64,000 nt of DNA from an uncultured Gemmatimonadales bacterium (GTDB lineage: Bacteria; Gemmatimonadota; Gemmatimonadetes; Longimicrobiales; RSA9): the NCBI GenBank assembly GCA_963816355.1, contig CAWFKH010000004.1, positions 320,001 to 384,000 on the forward strand. Reading direction: 5' to 3'. Numbering within the stretch: position 1 is the first letter of the stretch; every line of letters begins with the position of its first letter. A program made the position numbers and the translations under genes. Below the pieces are notes generated by a model. It was not told the DNA's origin and did no database searches. It worked only from the letters and a program-made list of their open reading frames with translations. Positions 20,139 to 28,527 of this stretch are shown piece after piece.

Positions 20139-21640
20139 CGCAGCGCGGCGTCGACGGCGCGGCCAACGCGCGCGACGATCTCCGGCAACGCGTCGACGTC
20201 CCCCTCGTCGGTGTTGAAGTTGACGATGCACGCCCGCAGCAGGAAGTGGCCGTCCACGACCGCGTTCGAGACGAACGCCTCCCCGCCGCGCTCCAGCCGG
20301 GCGAGCAGCTCGCGGTTGAGCGCGTCGAGGTGCGCCTCGACGGACGCCTCGCCGACGCGCGGGCGCAGGTCCGCCGGAACGTAGCGGAAGGTCGCGATGC
20401 TGAGCGCCTGCGTCGCCGGCTCGAGCTCGGGGTGCTCCGCGACGCGCGCGGCGAGGCGGCGGCTGAGGCGGATGTCGTCGCCGATCATGCGCGCGTAGCC
20501 TTCCCTCCCCACCTGACGCAGCGCGAGCCACACCTTGAGCGCGCGGAAGCCGCGCGAGTTCTGCATCCCGAAGTCGACGAAGTTGATCGCCTCGACGCCG
20601 AAGTGATAGTACGGCGGGTGGTAGGAGAAGGCGCGGCGCAGCGAATCCGCGTCGCGCACGAGGGCGCAGCCCGCCTCGAGCGGCGCGTAGAGCCATTTGT
20701 GGGGATCGACGGCGAGCGAGTCCGCCTCCGCCATGCCCGCCAGCTCGCGCGCGGCGTCCGGGACGGCGGCCGCGAGGGCGCCGTACGCGCCGTCCACGTG
20801 GAACCAGACCCCACGCTCCCGGCAGAGCGCCGCGATCTCCCGCAGCGGATCGATGGCGCCGGTGCTGACGCTGCCGGCGGTGCCGACGACGAGGGCGGGC
20901 ACGTCGCCCGCGGCGACGTCGTCGTCGATGCGACGTGCCAGCTCGGCGAGGTCCATGCGCTGCGCGGCGTCGGTGCCGACCCAGCGGATCGCGTCGGTGC
21001 CGAGGCCGAAGAGATCGGCCGCCTTCTGGATCCAGGTGTGCGTCTCCGCCGAGCCGTAGACGCGGAGACGTCGCGCATCCGACGGCGCCACGCCGGCGGC
21101 GCGGAGGTCCCAGCCCGCGGCGTCGGCCGCGGCGGCACGCCCGGCGAGGAAGCCGACGAAGTTCGCCATGTTGCCGCCGCTCACGAGCAGTCCCCCGCCC
21201 GCCGGGTAGCCGATCAGCTCGCCGATCCAGCGGACCGTCTGTCCCTCGATCTCGGACGCGATCGGGGAGAGCGTCCAGGCGCCGACGTTCGCGTTCACCG
21301 CCGCGGCGAGAAATTCGGCGAGCATGCCGATCGGCGCGGGTGAGGAGGTGATGTAGCCGAAGAAGCGCGGGTGCCCGTTGTAGAGGGAGTGGTCGAAGAG
21401 GAGCCGCTCCGCCTCGGCGACGATCTCGCCGGGGTCGGTGCCGGTCTGCGGCAGCGGCGCGTCGGCGCCGAGGACGTCCCGCACCACGTCCGGTGTCTCG
21501 CCGGGCGTGACCGCCCGCTCCGGCAGCGTCGCGATCAGGCGGGCCACGTCGTCGACGAGGGCGTGTCCCAGGCGCCGGAACTCGGCGGCGTCGAGGGCGA
21601 GAGGGGCGCGCCGGCTCATGCCGGGAAAGCTCTGGATCAT
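20135..21640 (-). CDS. Group II PLP-dependent amino acid decarboxylase
   Basis: HPRFFGYI, SGGNMAN, WFHVDGAYG, DPHKWL (PLP Lys), SRGFRALKVW; AGGAG RBS. Confidence 0.93.
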   Translation of the reverse strand: MIQSFPGMSRRAPLALDAAEFRRLGHALVDDVARLIATLPERAVTPGETPDVVRDVLGADAPLPQTGTDPGEIVAEAERLLFDHSLYNGHPRFFGYITSSPAPIGMLAEFLAAAVNANVGAWTLSPIASEIEGQTVRWIGELIGYPAGGGLLVSGGNMANFVGFLAGRAAAADAAGWDLRAAGVAPSDARRLRVYGSAETHTWIQKAADLFGLGTDAIRWVGTDAAQRMDLAELARRIDDDVAAGDVPALVVGTAGSVSTGAIDPLREIAALCRERGVWFHVDGAYGALAAAVPDAARELAGMAEADSLAVDPHKWLYAPLEAGCALVRDADSLRRAFSYHPPYYHFGVEAINFVDFGMQNSRGFRALKVWLALRQVGREGYARMIGDDIRLSRRLAARVAEHPELEPATQALSIATFRYVPADLRPRVGEASVEAHLDALNRELLARLERGGEAFVSNAVVDGHFLLRACIVNFNTDEGDVDALPEIVARVGRAVDAALR

Positions 21641-21717
21641 CGCGTTCTCCTGCAAGAGGGGAGTTCACGGCAGGATGTCGGCTCGGCGGCGTCGCCGCCA
21701 GTGCGCCCTGCTCCGCT

Positions 21718-21733
21718 CGGTACCGCCCTTGCA
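21718..21733 (+). promoter_or_regulatory. Possible sigma-54 promoter for the SDR gene
   Basis: CGGTAC-N5-TTGCA with GG/GC at -24/-12 spacing, 54 bp before the ATG. Confidence 0.4.
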
Positions 21734-21786
21734 CCGGGATGGAAGCGCGCGGCAGGACACGCGATCCCGCAGCAGGAGGCAAGCAA

Positions 21787-22842
21787 ATGGGCGCTGGCAG
21801 AGAGCCGAAGACGGTGGTGGTCACGGGCGCGTCGGCGGGAGTGGGCCGCGCTGCGGCCCGCGCGTTCGGCCGCCGCGGCGACCGCGTCGTGCTGATCGCG
21901 CGCGGCGAGGAAGGGTTGAACGGCGCGCGGGCGGAGATCGAGCGAGACGGCGGCGAGGCGCTGGTCGTCCCCACCGACGTCGCGGACGCAGACGCGGTCG
22001 AGCGGGCGGCCGCGGCCGCGGAATCGGCGTTCGGCCCGATCGACATATGGGTGAACGACGCGATGGTGACGGTGATGGCGCCGGTCCAGGAGACGACGCC
22101 CGCGGAGTACCGCCGCGTGACCGAGGTGACGTATCTCGGCTCCGTGCACGGCACGCTGGCGGCGCTGCGCCGGATGCAGCCGCGGGACTGCGGCTCGATC
22201 GTGCAGGTCAGCTCCGTGCTCGCGTACCGGGGCATCCCGCTGCAGTCGGCGTATTGCGCTGCGAAGCACGCGCTGCAGGGATTCTACGATTCGCTGTGGG
22301 CGGAGCTGCGGCACGACGGCTCCCACGTGCGCGTCACGCTGGTGAACCTGCCGGGCGTGAACACGCCTCAGTTCACGTGGGCGCGCACGAAGATGCCGAA
22401 CCAGCCGCAGCCGGTGCCGCCGATCTACCAGCCGGAGGTGGCGGCGGACGCCATCGTGTGGGCGTCGGAGCACGGGGACCGCCGCGAGATCACGGTGGGC
22501 GGCCGGGCCACGGCGATCCTGTGGGGAAACAAGTTCCTGCCGCGACTGGGCGACTGGTACCTGGGGAAGACCGGCTACGCCGGGCAGCAGACGGACCAGC
22601 CGCTCGAGGCGGACCGTCCAGACAACCTCTTCGAGCCAGTGCACGAGGATCGCGGCGCGCACGGTCCCTTCGATACCCGCGCACATGCCGGCAGCGTGCA
22701 GCTCCAGGTCAACAAGCGCCTGCCCTGGATCGTCGGCGCCGCGGCGCTCGCGGGAGCCGCGGCGCTCGCCGCCGCTTTCGGCGGCCGCGACGGCTCGCAC
22801 GGCGCCGGCGACGGCTCGCACGGGGCCGGCAAGGACCTCTGA
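21787..22842 (+). CDS. SDR family oxidoreductase with C-terminal TM
   Basis: TGASAGVG and YCAAK motifs; AGGAGG RBS. Confidence 0.93.
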   Translation: MGAGREPKTVVVTGASAGVGRAAARAFGRRGDRVVLIARGEEGLNGARAEIERDGGEALVVPTDVADADAVERAAAAAESAFGPIDIWVNDAMVTVMAPVQETTPAEYRRVTEVTYLGSVHGTLAALRRMQPRDCGSIVQVSSVLAYRGIPLQSAYCAAKHALQGFYDSLWAELRHDGSHVRVTLVNLPGVNTPQFTWARTKMPNQPQPVPPIYQPEVAADAIVWASEHGDRREITVGGRATAILWGNKFLPRLGDWYLGKTGYAGQQTDQPLEADRPDNLFEPVHEDRGAHGPFDTRAHAGSVQLQVNKRLPWIVGAAALAGAAALAAAFGGRDGSHGAGDGSHGAGKDL

Positions 22843-22958
22843 GCCGCGGCGCCATCGCGTCGGCCTCTATGCCCTGGCGGGACGCGTGCTTACCTTGACC
22901 CCGTTACCGGTCCGGTCGGCGATCGGACCCAGGCGGGCGCACGGCCGGGAGGTGAAGA

Positions 22959-23942
22959 ATGGCGGACGCAACGACGCGGGTGGAGGAGCGGAGCACCCAC
23001 GGGCGAGGCCGCATCTACGACAGCATCGCGGACACGATCGGGGACACGCCGCTGGTGCGGGCTCCGCATCTCTCGGAGCGGCAGGGCGCGCGCGCGGACG
23101 TGCTGCTCAAGCTCGAGTTCTTCAACCCGCTGGGCAGCGTGAAGGACCGCATCGGCATCGCGATGATCTTGGCGATGGAGGCGGACGGCCGCATCGGTCC
23201 GGGCTCGACGATCGTCGAGCCCACCTCCGGCAACACCGGCATCGCGCTCGCCTTCGTGTGCGCCGCCAAGGGGTATCGCTGCATCCTCACAATGCCGGAG
23301 ACAATGTCGGTCGAGCGGCGGCGGCTCATGGCGCTGCTCGGCGCCGAAGTCGTGCTCACGCCGAAGGAGAAAGGGATCAACGGCGCGCTCGAGAAGGCGG
23401 AGGAGCTCGTCCGCGAGATCCCGAACGCGGCGCAGCCGATGCAGTTCTCCAACCCCGCCAACCCGGAGATCCACCGACGCACGACGGCGGAGGAGATCTG
23501 GGCGGACACCGGCGGCAACGTCGACGTGATCGTGTGCGGCGTCGGCACGGGCGGCACGCTCACCGGCTGCGGCGAGGTACTCAAGCCGCGGCGGCCGGAA
23601 CTCCGCATGGTCGCCGTCGAGCCGGAGACGAGCCCGGTCATCTCCGGCGGCGAGCCGGGGCCCGGCAACATGATCCAGGGGATCGGCGCCGGCTTCATCC
23701 CGGACAACCTCAACACCGCCCTCGTCGACGAGGTGATCGCGGTCAGCAACGACGACGCGTTCGCCATGGCGCGACAGGCGGCCCGCCTCGACGGCATCGC
23801 CTGCGGTATCTCGTCCGGCGCCGCGCTCGTGGCGGCGTACCGCATCGCGGCGCGCCCGGAGATGGACGCGAAGACGGTGGTCGTGGTGATCCCCTCCTTC
23901 GCGGAGCGCTACATCTCGACGCCGCTCTTCGAGAACCTGTGA
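22959..23942 (+). CDS. cysK: Cysteine synthase A
   Basis: KLEFFNPLGSVKDR, EPTSGNTG, GVGTGGT, IQGIGAGF, ERYIST. Confidence 0.96.
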   Translation: MADATTRVEERSTHGRGRIYDSIADTIGDTPLVRAPHLSERQGARADVLLKLEFFNPLGSVKDRIGIAMILAMEADGRIGPGSTIVEPTSGNTGIALAFVCAAKGYRCILTMPETMSVERRRLMALLGAEVVLTPKEKGINGALEKAEELVREIPNAAQPMQFSNPANPEIHRRTTAEEIWADTGGNVDVIVCGVGTGGTLTGCGEVLKPRRPELRMVAVEPETSPVISGGEPGPGNMIQGIGAGFIPDNLNTALVDEVIAVSNDDAFAMARQAARLDGIACGISSGAALVAAYRIAARPEMDAKTVVVVIPSFAERYISTPLFENL

Positions 23943-24445
23943 GCGCGGACGCCGTGAGCGCGATCCAGGACCTCTATCCGGACGACTTCGCCCACTGCTA
24001 CGGGTGCGGCCGCCTGAACCCGCACGGCCTCCACATCCGCAGCGAGTGGACGGGTGAGGAGGCGATCGCACGGCTGCGGCCCGACGCGCATCACATCGCG
24101 CTCCCCGGCTTCGTGTACGGCGGCCTCCTCGCCTCGCTCGTCGACTGCCACTCGATCGGCACCGCCGCCGCGGCCGCCATGGCCGCTGCCGGGCGGACGC
24201 CCGGCGTGGATCCGTCGCCGCGCTTCGTCACCGCGTCGCTCCACGTCGACTTCCTGGCGCCGACGCCGGCGGGCGTCGAGCTCGTCGCCCGCGCCAGGGC
24301 GGTCGAGGTCGGCGCGCGCAAGGTGGTGGTGGAGGCGAGCGTGGCGGCGGGCGACGTCGTGTGTGTCCGCGGGCGCGTCGTCGCGGTCCCAATGCCGCCC
24401 TCGATGGCGCGCGCGGCGGGCCGCCACGAGGCGATACCGCACTGA
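23939..24445 (+). CDS. PaaI/hotdog-fold thioesterase
   Basis: HCYGCGRLNPHGL, YGGLLASLVDCH, VTASLHVDFLAPTP. GTGA overlap with cysK. Confidence 0.88.
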   Translation: MSADAVSAIQDLYPDDFAHCYGCGRLNPHGLHIRSEWTGEEAIARLRPDAHHIALPGFVYGGLLASLVDCHSIGTAAAAAMAAAGRTPGVDPSPRFVTASLHVDFLAPTPAGVELVARARAVEVGARKVVVEASVAAGDVVCVRGRVVAVPMPPSMARAAGRHEAIPH

Positions 24446-24590
24446 CTCTCGCGCGGTCCGGTCTGCCCCGGATCAGAGATGGCGGCCGGCGGGGGTGAGT
24501 TGACGGTCGACCTCACGCTCATGTCGGCCACGGCGACCGGCGGCTGAGGCACGGCGGGCACCACGGTCGCCGAGCGCGGGCGGACGCGTC

Positions 24591-24628
24591 GCGGAAAGCT
24601 CCCGACAGCGGCGTGGGGCCGCTCCCGA
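24591..24628 (+). promoter_or_regulatory. Tandem GG(G/A)-N5-CCCGA boxes upstream of cytochrome operon 1
   Basis: GCGGA-AAGCT-CCCGA (24591) and TGGGG-CCGCT-CCCGA (24614). Same motif occurs upstream of operon 2. Confidence 0.5.
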
Positions 24629-24828
24629 TTGTCGCGGGGGTGCGGCGAAGCAACCGTGTAGGGGCGGAGTTCCGGACATCCGACGGCGAGGCGGCGCGCG
24701 CCCCGACCCGCGCTGCCGGTGGCCCTCGGAAGTGAATGCGCGCGCCGCCCCGACCGTCGAGGTGGGCGCGGGCGTCGAAACGACCAGCGGGACAGGTGCT
24801 CTTGAGAGCGATCGACACGCTCGGGGCC

Positions 24829-26163
24829 ATGGCGGCCCGGCGAAGAAGGGTCGGGCGAGGAGGACGGGCGCCGCGCCTGCGCGCCGTGTTCGGGGCCGCG
24901 TTCCTCCTCGGTGGCAGCGTGGCCGCGATGACGGCGGCGCCGTCCCGGGCGCACGCGCAGCAGGATGTCGTCGAGTGCCAGAAGTGCCACGCCAACCACG
25001 ATTTCCTGGTCGGCAAGGGGGGCACGTTGAAGGGAGATTCGGCGCTATTCGTGCCGGATTCCCTGCTGCGCGACTCACGCCACGCGAAGCTGAGCTGCAC
25101 CGATTGCCACCCGGCCTTCGCCGGTGGCTATCCGCACCGTGACACGGCGGTCGTCGCGGTGCCGTGCCAGAGCTGCCACGCCGCGGAGGGGGCGGGGTGG
25201 GCGCGCTCGATCCATGCGCCCAACGCCCTCACGGTGGGCGACGCTCCGACGTGCGTGAGGTGCCACGGCGCGCACCACGTGCTCTCCGCGAGCGATCCGC
25301 GCTCGCCCACCTACGCGCTCAACGTGGCGACACTGTGCGCCGGCTGCCACGACGATCCGCGCATCATCGGCACCTACTTCATGGCGCCAGGCGAGACGCA
25401 GGCGCGTACGGCGGTCAAGGAGTTCTACGAGACGGTGCACGGCACGGCGCTGACGAAGGCGGGGCTCGTGGTTTCGGCCACGTGCAACGACTGCCACGGC
25501 GCGCACGAGATCCTGCCGCCGGACTCCGCGGCGTCGACGATCAGCCGGGCGCATGTGGCGGAGACGTGCGGCAAGTGCCATTCGGGCGTGCTGGCGACGT
25601 TCGAGGGCTCCTCGCACGGGCAGGCGCTGAAGACGGGGAAGAAGACGACGACGGGCCACTCCGCGCCGGTCTGCATCGACTGCCACACGTCGCACCGCAT
25701 CGTGCGCGCGAACGATCCCGTGTGGTTCCGCGGCGTGGTGGAGGAGTGCGGCTCCTGCCACGAGCACCTCTACGAGACCTACTTCGAGACGTACCACGGG
25801 CAGGTGACCGAGCTGGGCTACGGCCTGACCGCCAAGTGCAGCGACTGCCACACGGCGCACGCGATGCTGCCGCCGACCGATCCGCGCTCGTCGGTGAACC
25901 CGGCGAACCTGGAGGCGACGTGCCGCACGTGCCATCCGAAGGCGAACGCCAACTTCGTCAAGTACCTGCCGCACGGGGACCCGCAGAACCGCAGCGCCTA
26001 TCCACGCCTCTTCTGGGTCTGGCTCTTCATGACGGCGCTGCTGGTGGGCGTATTCGGCTTCTTCGGTTCGCACACCGTGTTGTGGCTGTTCCGGCTGGCG
26101 CGCGACCGGTTGCGGGGGCGCCATGCGGCGGACGCGGGACCGGCGACTACGGAGGAGACATGA
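24829..26163 (+). CDS. 11-heme c-type cytochrome with C-terminal TM anchor (CbcL/CbcA-like periplasmic domain)
   Basis: 11 CxxCH counted; signal peptide ending AHA-QQ; TM LFWVWLFMTALLVGVFGFFGSH. Start uncertain (24736-24829). Confidence 0.92.
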   Translation: MAARRRRVGRGGRAPRLRAVFGAAFLLGGSVAAMTAAPSRAHAQQDVVECQKCHANHDFLVGKGGTLKGDSALFVPDSLLRDSRHAKLSCTDCHPAFAGGYPHRDTAVVAVPCQSCHAAEGAGWARSIHAPNALTVGDAPTCVRCHGAHHVLSASDPRSPTYALNVATLCAGCHDDPRIIGTYFMAPGETQARTAVKEFYETVHGTALTKAGLVVSATCNDCHGAHEILPPDSAASTISRAHVAETCGKCHSGVLATFEGSSHGQALKTGKKTTTGHSAPVCIDCHTSHRIVRANDPVWFRGVVEECGSCHEHLYETYFETYHGQVTELGYGLTAKCSDCHTAHAMLPPTDPRSSVNPANLEATCRTCHPKANANFVKYLPHGDPQNRSAYPRLFWVWLFMTALLVGVFGFFGSHTVLWLFRLARDRLRGRHAADAGPATTEET

Positions 26164-27101
26164 GCAGCGAGGCGGGCGACGGGCGGGCAGCCGCCGAGGA
26201 GGACGCCGTGGCGGCGAGCGGCGGCGCGCCGGCGCAGCCGTCGAGGCGGGCGAGCGACAGGCCGCTCTCGGTGTCGGACCAGGGGAGCGGGCCCTACATC
26301 CGCCGCTTCGGGCCGATCGAGCGCACGACGCACGCGCTCGTGATGATCTCCTTCTTCGGGCTGGTGATCACGGGCGTGCCGCTGCGCTTCTCGTACGCCC
26401 CATGGGCGCGTCCGCTGATGGCGTTCCTGGGGGGGCCGCACGCGGCCGGGCTGCTGCACCGCGTGTGCGCCGCGATCACGTTCGCCTACTTCGGCCTGCA
26501 CCTGGGGACGATCGCGTATCGATTCGCGCGCAGCGACGATCGCAAGTCGTTCTTCTGGGGACCCCGCTCAATGGTGCCGCAGCCGAAGGACATCCGCGAC
26601 GTGGCCGGCATGTTCCGCTGGTTCCTCGGCCGCGGCGAGCGACCGTCCTTCGACCGCTACAGCTACATGGAGAAGTTCGACTACTGGGCGGTGTTCTGGG
26701 GCGTCGGGATCATCGGCGGCTCGGGACTGCTGCTCTGGTTCCCGACCTTCTTCGCCCGCTTCATGCCCGGGTGGTTCTTCAACATCGCGGCCATCGTGCA
26801 CGGCGACGAGGCGCTGCTGGCGCTGGGCTTCATCTTCACGATCCACTTCTTCAACGTGCACCTGCGTCCGGAGAAGTTTCCGATCGACCTGGTGATCTTC
26901 ACCGGCCGCGCGCGGGCCGAGTACTTCGAGGAAGAGCACCCGATCGAGTACGAGCGCAATAGCGAGAGGGGCCTCCTCGAGGGCCTGCGCGTCGCACCTC
27001 CTTCGCGCGCCACCTACCTCTGGTCGATGGTGCTGGGCTTCGCGGGGCTCGCCCTCGGACTGGCCCTCGTCGCCCTCGTGCTCTATGCCGTTCTGAGGTG
27101 A
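26160..27101 (+). CDS. Membrane cytochrome b, FdnI/HydC-like (CbcL C-terminal type)
   Basis: RRF..ERTTH, LHRVCA, YMEKFDYWAVFWG and IVHGDEALLA..HFFNVH motifs. ATGA overlap. Confidence 0.9.
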   Translation: MSSEAGDGRAAAEEDAVAASGGAPAQPSRRASDRPLSVSDQGSGPYIRRFGPIERTTHALVMISFFGLVITGVPLRFSYAPWARPLMAFLGGPHAAGLLHRVCAAITFAYFGLHLGTIAYRFARSDDRKSFFWGPRSMVPQPKDIRDVAGMFRWFLGRGERPSFDRYSYMEKFDYWAVFWGVGIIGGSGLLLWFPTFFARFMPGWFFNIAAIVHGDEALLALGFIFTIHFFNVHLRPEKFPIDLVIFTGRARAEYFEEEHPIEYERNSERGLLEGLRVAPPSRATYLWSMVLGFAGLALGLALVALVLYAVLR

Positions 27102-27102
27102 T

Positions 27103-28503
27103 ATGACGACGACGGTGCGACGCCGACTCGCCGGCGGCATTCGCGCCACCCTTCTCGCCGCCGCCGCCGTCGTGGCGGGGGCGGCGAGCCCGGCCACGCG
27201 GACGAGCCCGGCCGCGGCCGAGCCCCCCACGACGGCGGCGCCCCTGGAGTGCACCGCCTGTCACCCGAAGGTGCACGAAGCACGGCTCGGTACCGGTCCC
27301 GAGTGGTCGCGCGCCTGCACGGGGTGCCATGAGCACGTGCACGCCGAGATCCGCACGCTCTACGCCGGCTCCACCGCGGCCCCGGCCGTGGCGCCGGACC
27401 CCATGTCCGTCGCGCGCGTCGGCTGCCGCGGCTGCCACACCGACGAGGCGCTGAACGCCCGCGGCGAGGCCGCGCGCGTCGCGGCGCTCCAGCGCGCGTG
27501 CACCGCGTGTCACGGCGAGCGCTACGCGTTCATGCTCCCGCAGTGGCGGGCCGCGGCGGCGCGCCGGACGCACGCGGTGCAGACGTACGTGGCGAGCGCG
27601 AATGCGGACACGCGGCTGCGGCGGCCCCCGGAGGCGGTGGCGGCGCTGCGCGCCGCGACCGAGCGGCTCTCGCTCGTGCTCCGCGGCGACGGCCTGCACA
27701 ATCCGGCCGGAGCGGACGCCCTGCTGCGGTCGGCGCTCGACGGGGCGGCGGCGGCGTACCGCGCCGCCGGCGTGGCGCCGCCTTCACGACCCGCCCTGGG
27801 GCCGGACCCCGCCACGAATGCGTGCGCCACGTGCCACTATGGCGTGGAGACGGTGCTGGCGACCCTCGGTGGCAAGCGGTTCAGCCATGCGGACCACGTG
27901 GTCGATGGCGACGTCGCGTGCACGACGTGCCACTCCGATGCGACGTACTTCCGCGCCGGCGGTCGCAGCCTCGACCCGCGCCACGGGAGGACGAGCGTGG
28001 GTACGGCCGACTGCTCGAGCTGCCACCACCGGACCTCCGGACTCGCGTGCACGGCGTGCCACGCGCCGGCGGAGCTCCCCGCGCGCGCCGCCGCGGTGAC
28101 GATGCCGCTGCGGCTGCGGCCGGCGGGCGCGCCGGCGACGCGCGAGGTCGCGTTCCGCCACGCCGTACACGCCGCGGTCGCCTGCGAGCGCTGCCACACG
28201 TCGCCGCGGACGCCGCGGGCCACCGCCGCGTGCTCGACGTGCCACGAGGCGCATCACCGCGACGCGACCGCGTGCGCGACGTGCCATGGCACGAACGTCA
28301 AGGCCGCCCACGAGGCGAAGGACCACCTCGCCTGCACGCAGTGCCACGCGAGAGAGACGGTGGCGCTGCTCACCATGGACCGCCCCTTCTGCCTCACCTG
28401 CCACACCGACCGCGCCGACCACCAGCCGGGCCGCGAGTGCGCGCCGTGCCATATGCAGCTCACCCCCGCGCAGCTGCGCGAGAAGATCCTCGGCGAACGC
28501 TAG
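27103..28503 (+). CDS. Exported 14-heme c-type cytochrome
   Basis: 14 CxxCH counted; signal peptide; central helical region with GLHN; GAGGTG RBS. Confidence 0.92.
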   Translation: MTTTVRRRLAGGIRATLLAAAAVVAGAASPATRTSPAAAEPPTTAAPLECTACHPKVHEARLGTGPEWSRACTGCHEHVHAEIRTLYAGSTAAPAVAPDPMSVARVGCRGCHTDEALNARGEAARVAALQRACTACHGERYAFMLPQWRAAAARRTHAVQTYVASANADTRLRRPPEAVAALRAATERLSLVLRGDGLHNPAGADALLRSALDGAAAAYRAAGVAPPSRPALGPDPATNACATCHYGVETVLATLGGKRFSHADHVVDGDVACTTCHSDATYFRAGGRSLDPRHGRTSVGTADCSSCHHRTSGLACTACHAPAELPARAAAVTMPLRLRPAGAPATREVAFRHAVHAAVACERCHTSPRTPRATAACSTCHEAHHRDATACATCHGTNVKAAHEAKDHLACTQCHARETVALLTMDRPFCLTCHTDRADHQPGRECAPCHMQLTPAQLREKILGER

Positions 28504-28527
28504 CGGGTCAGGCGACGGTCCCTGCGC

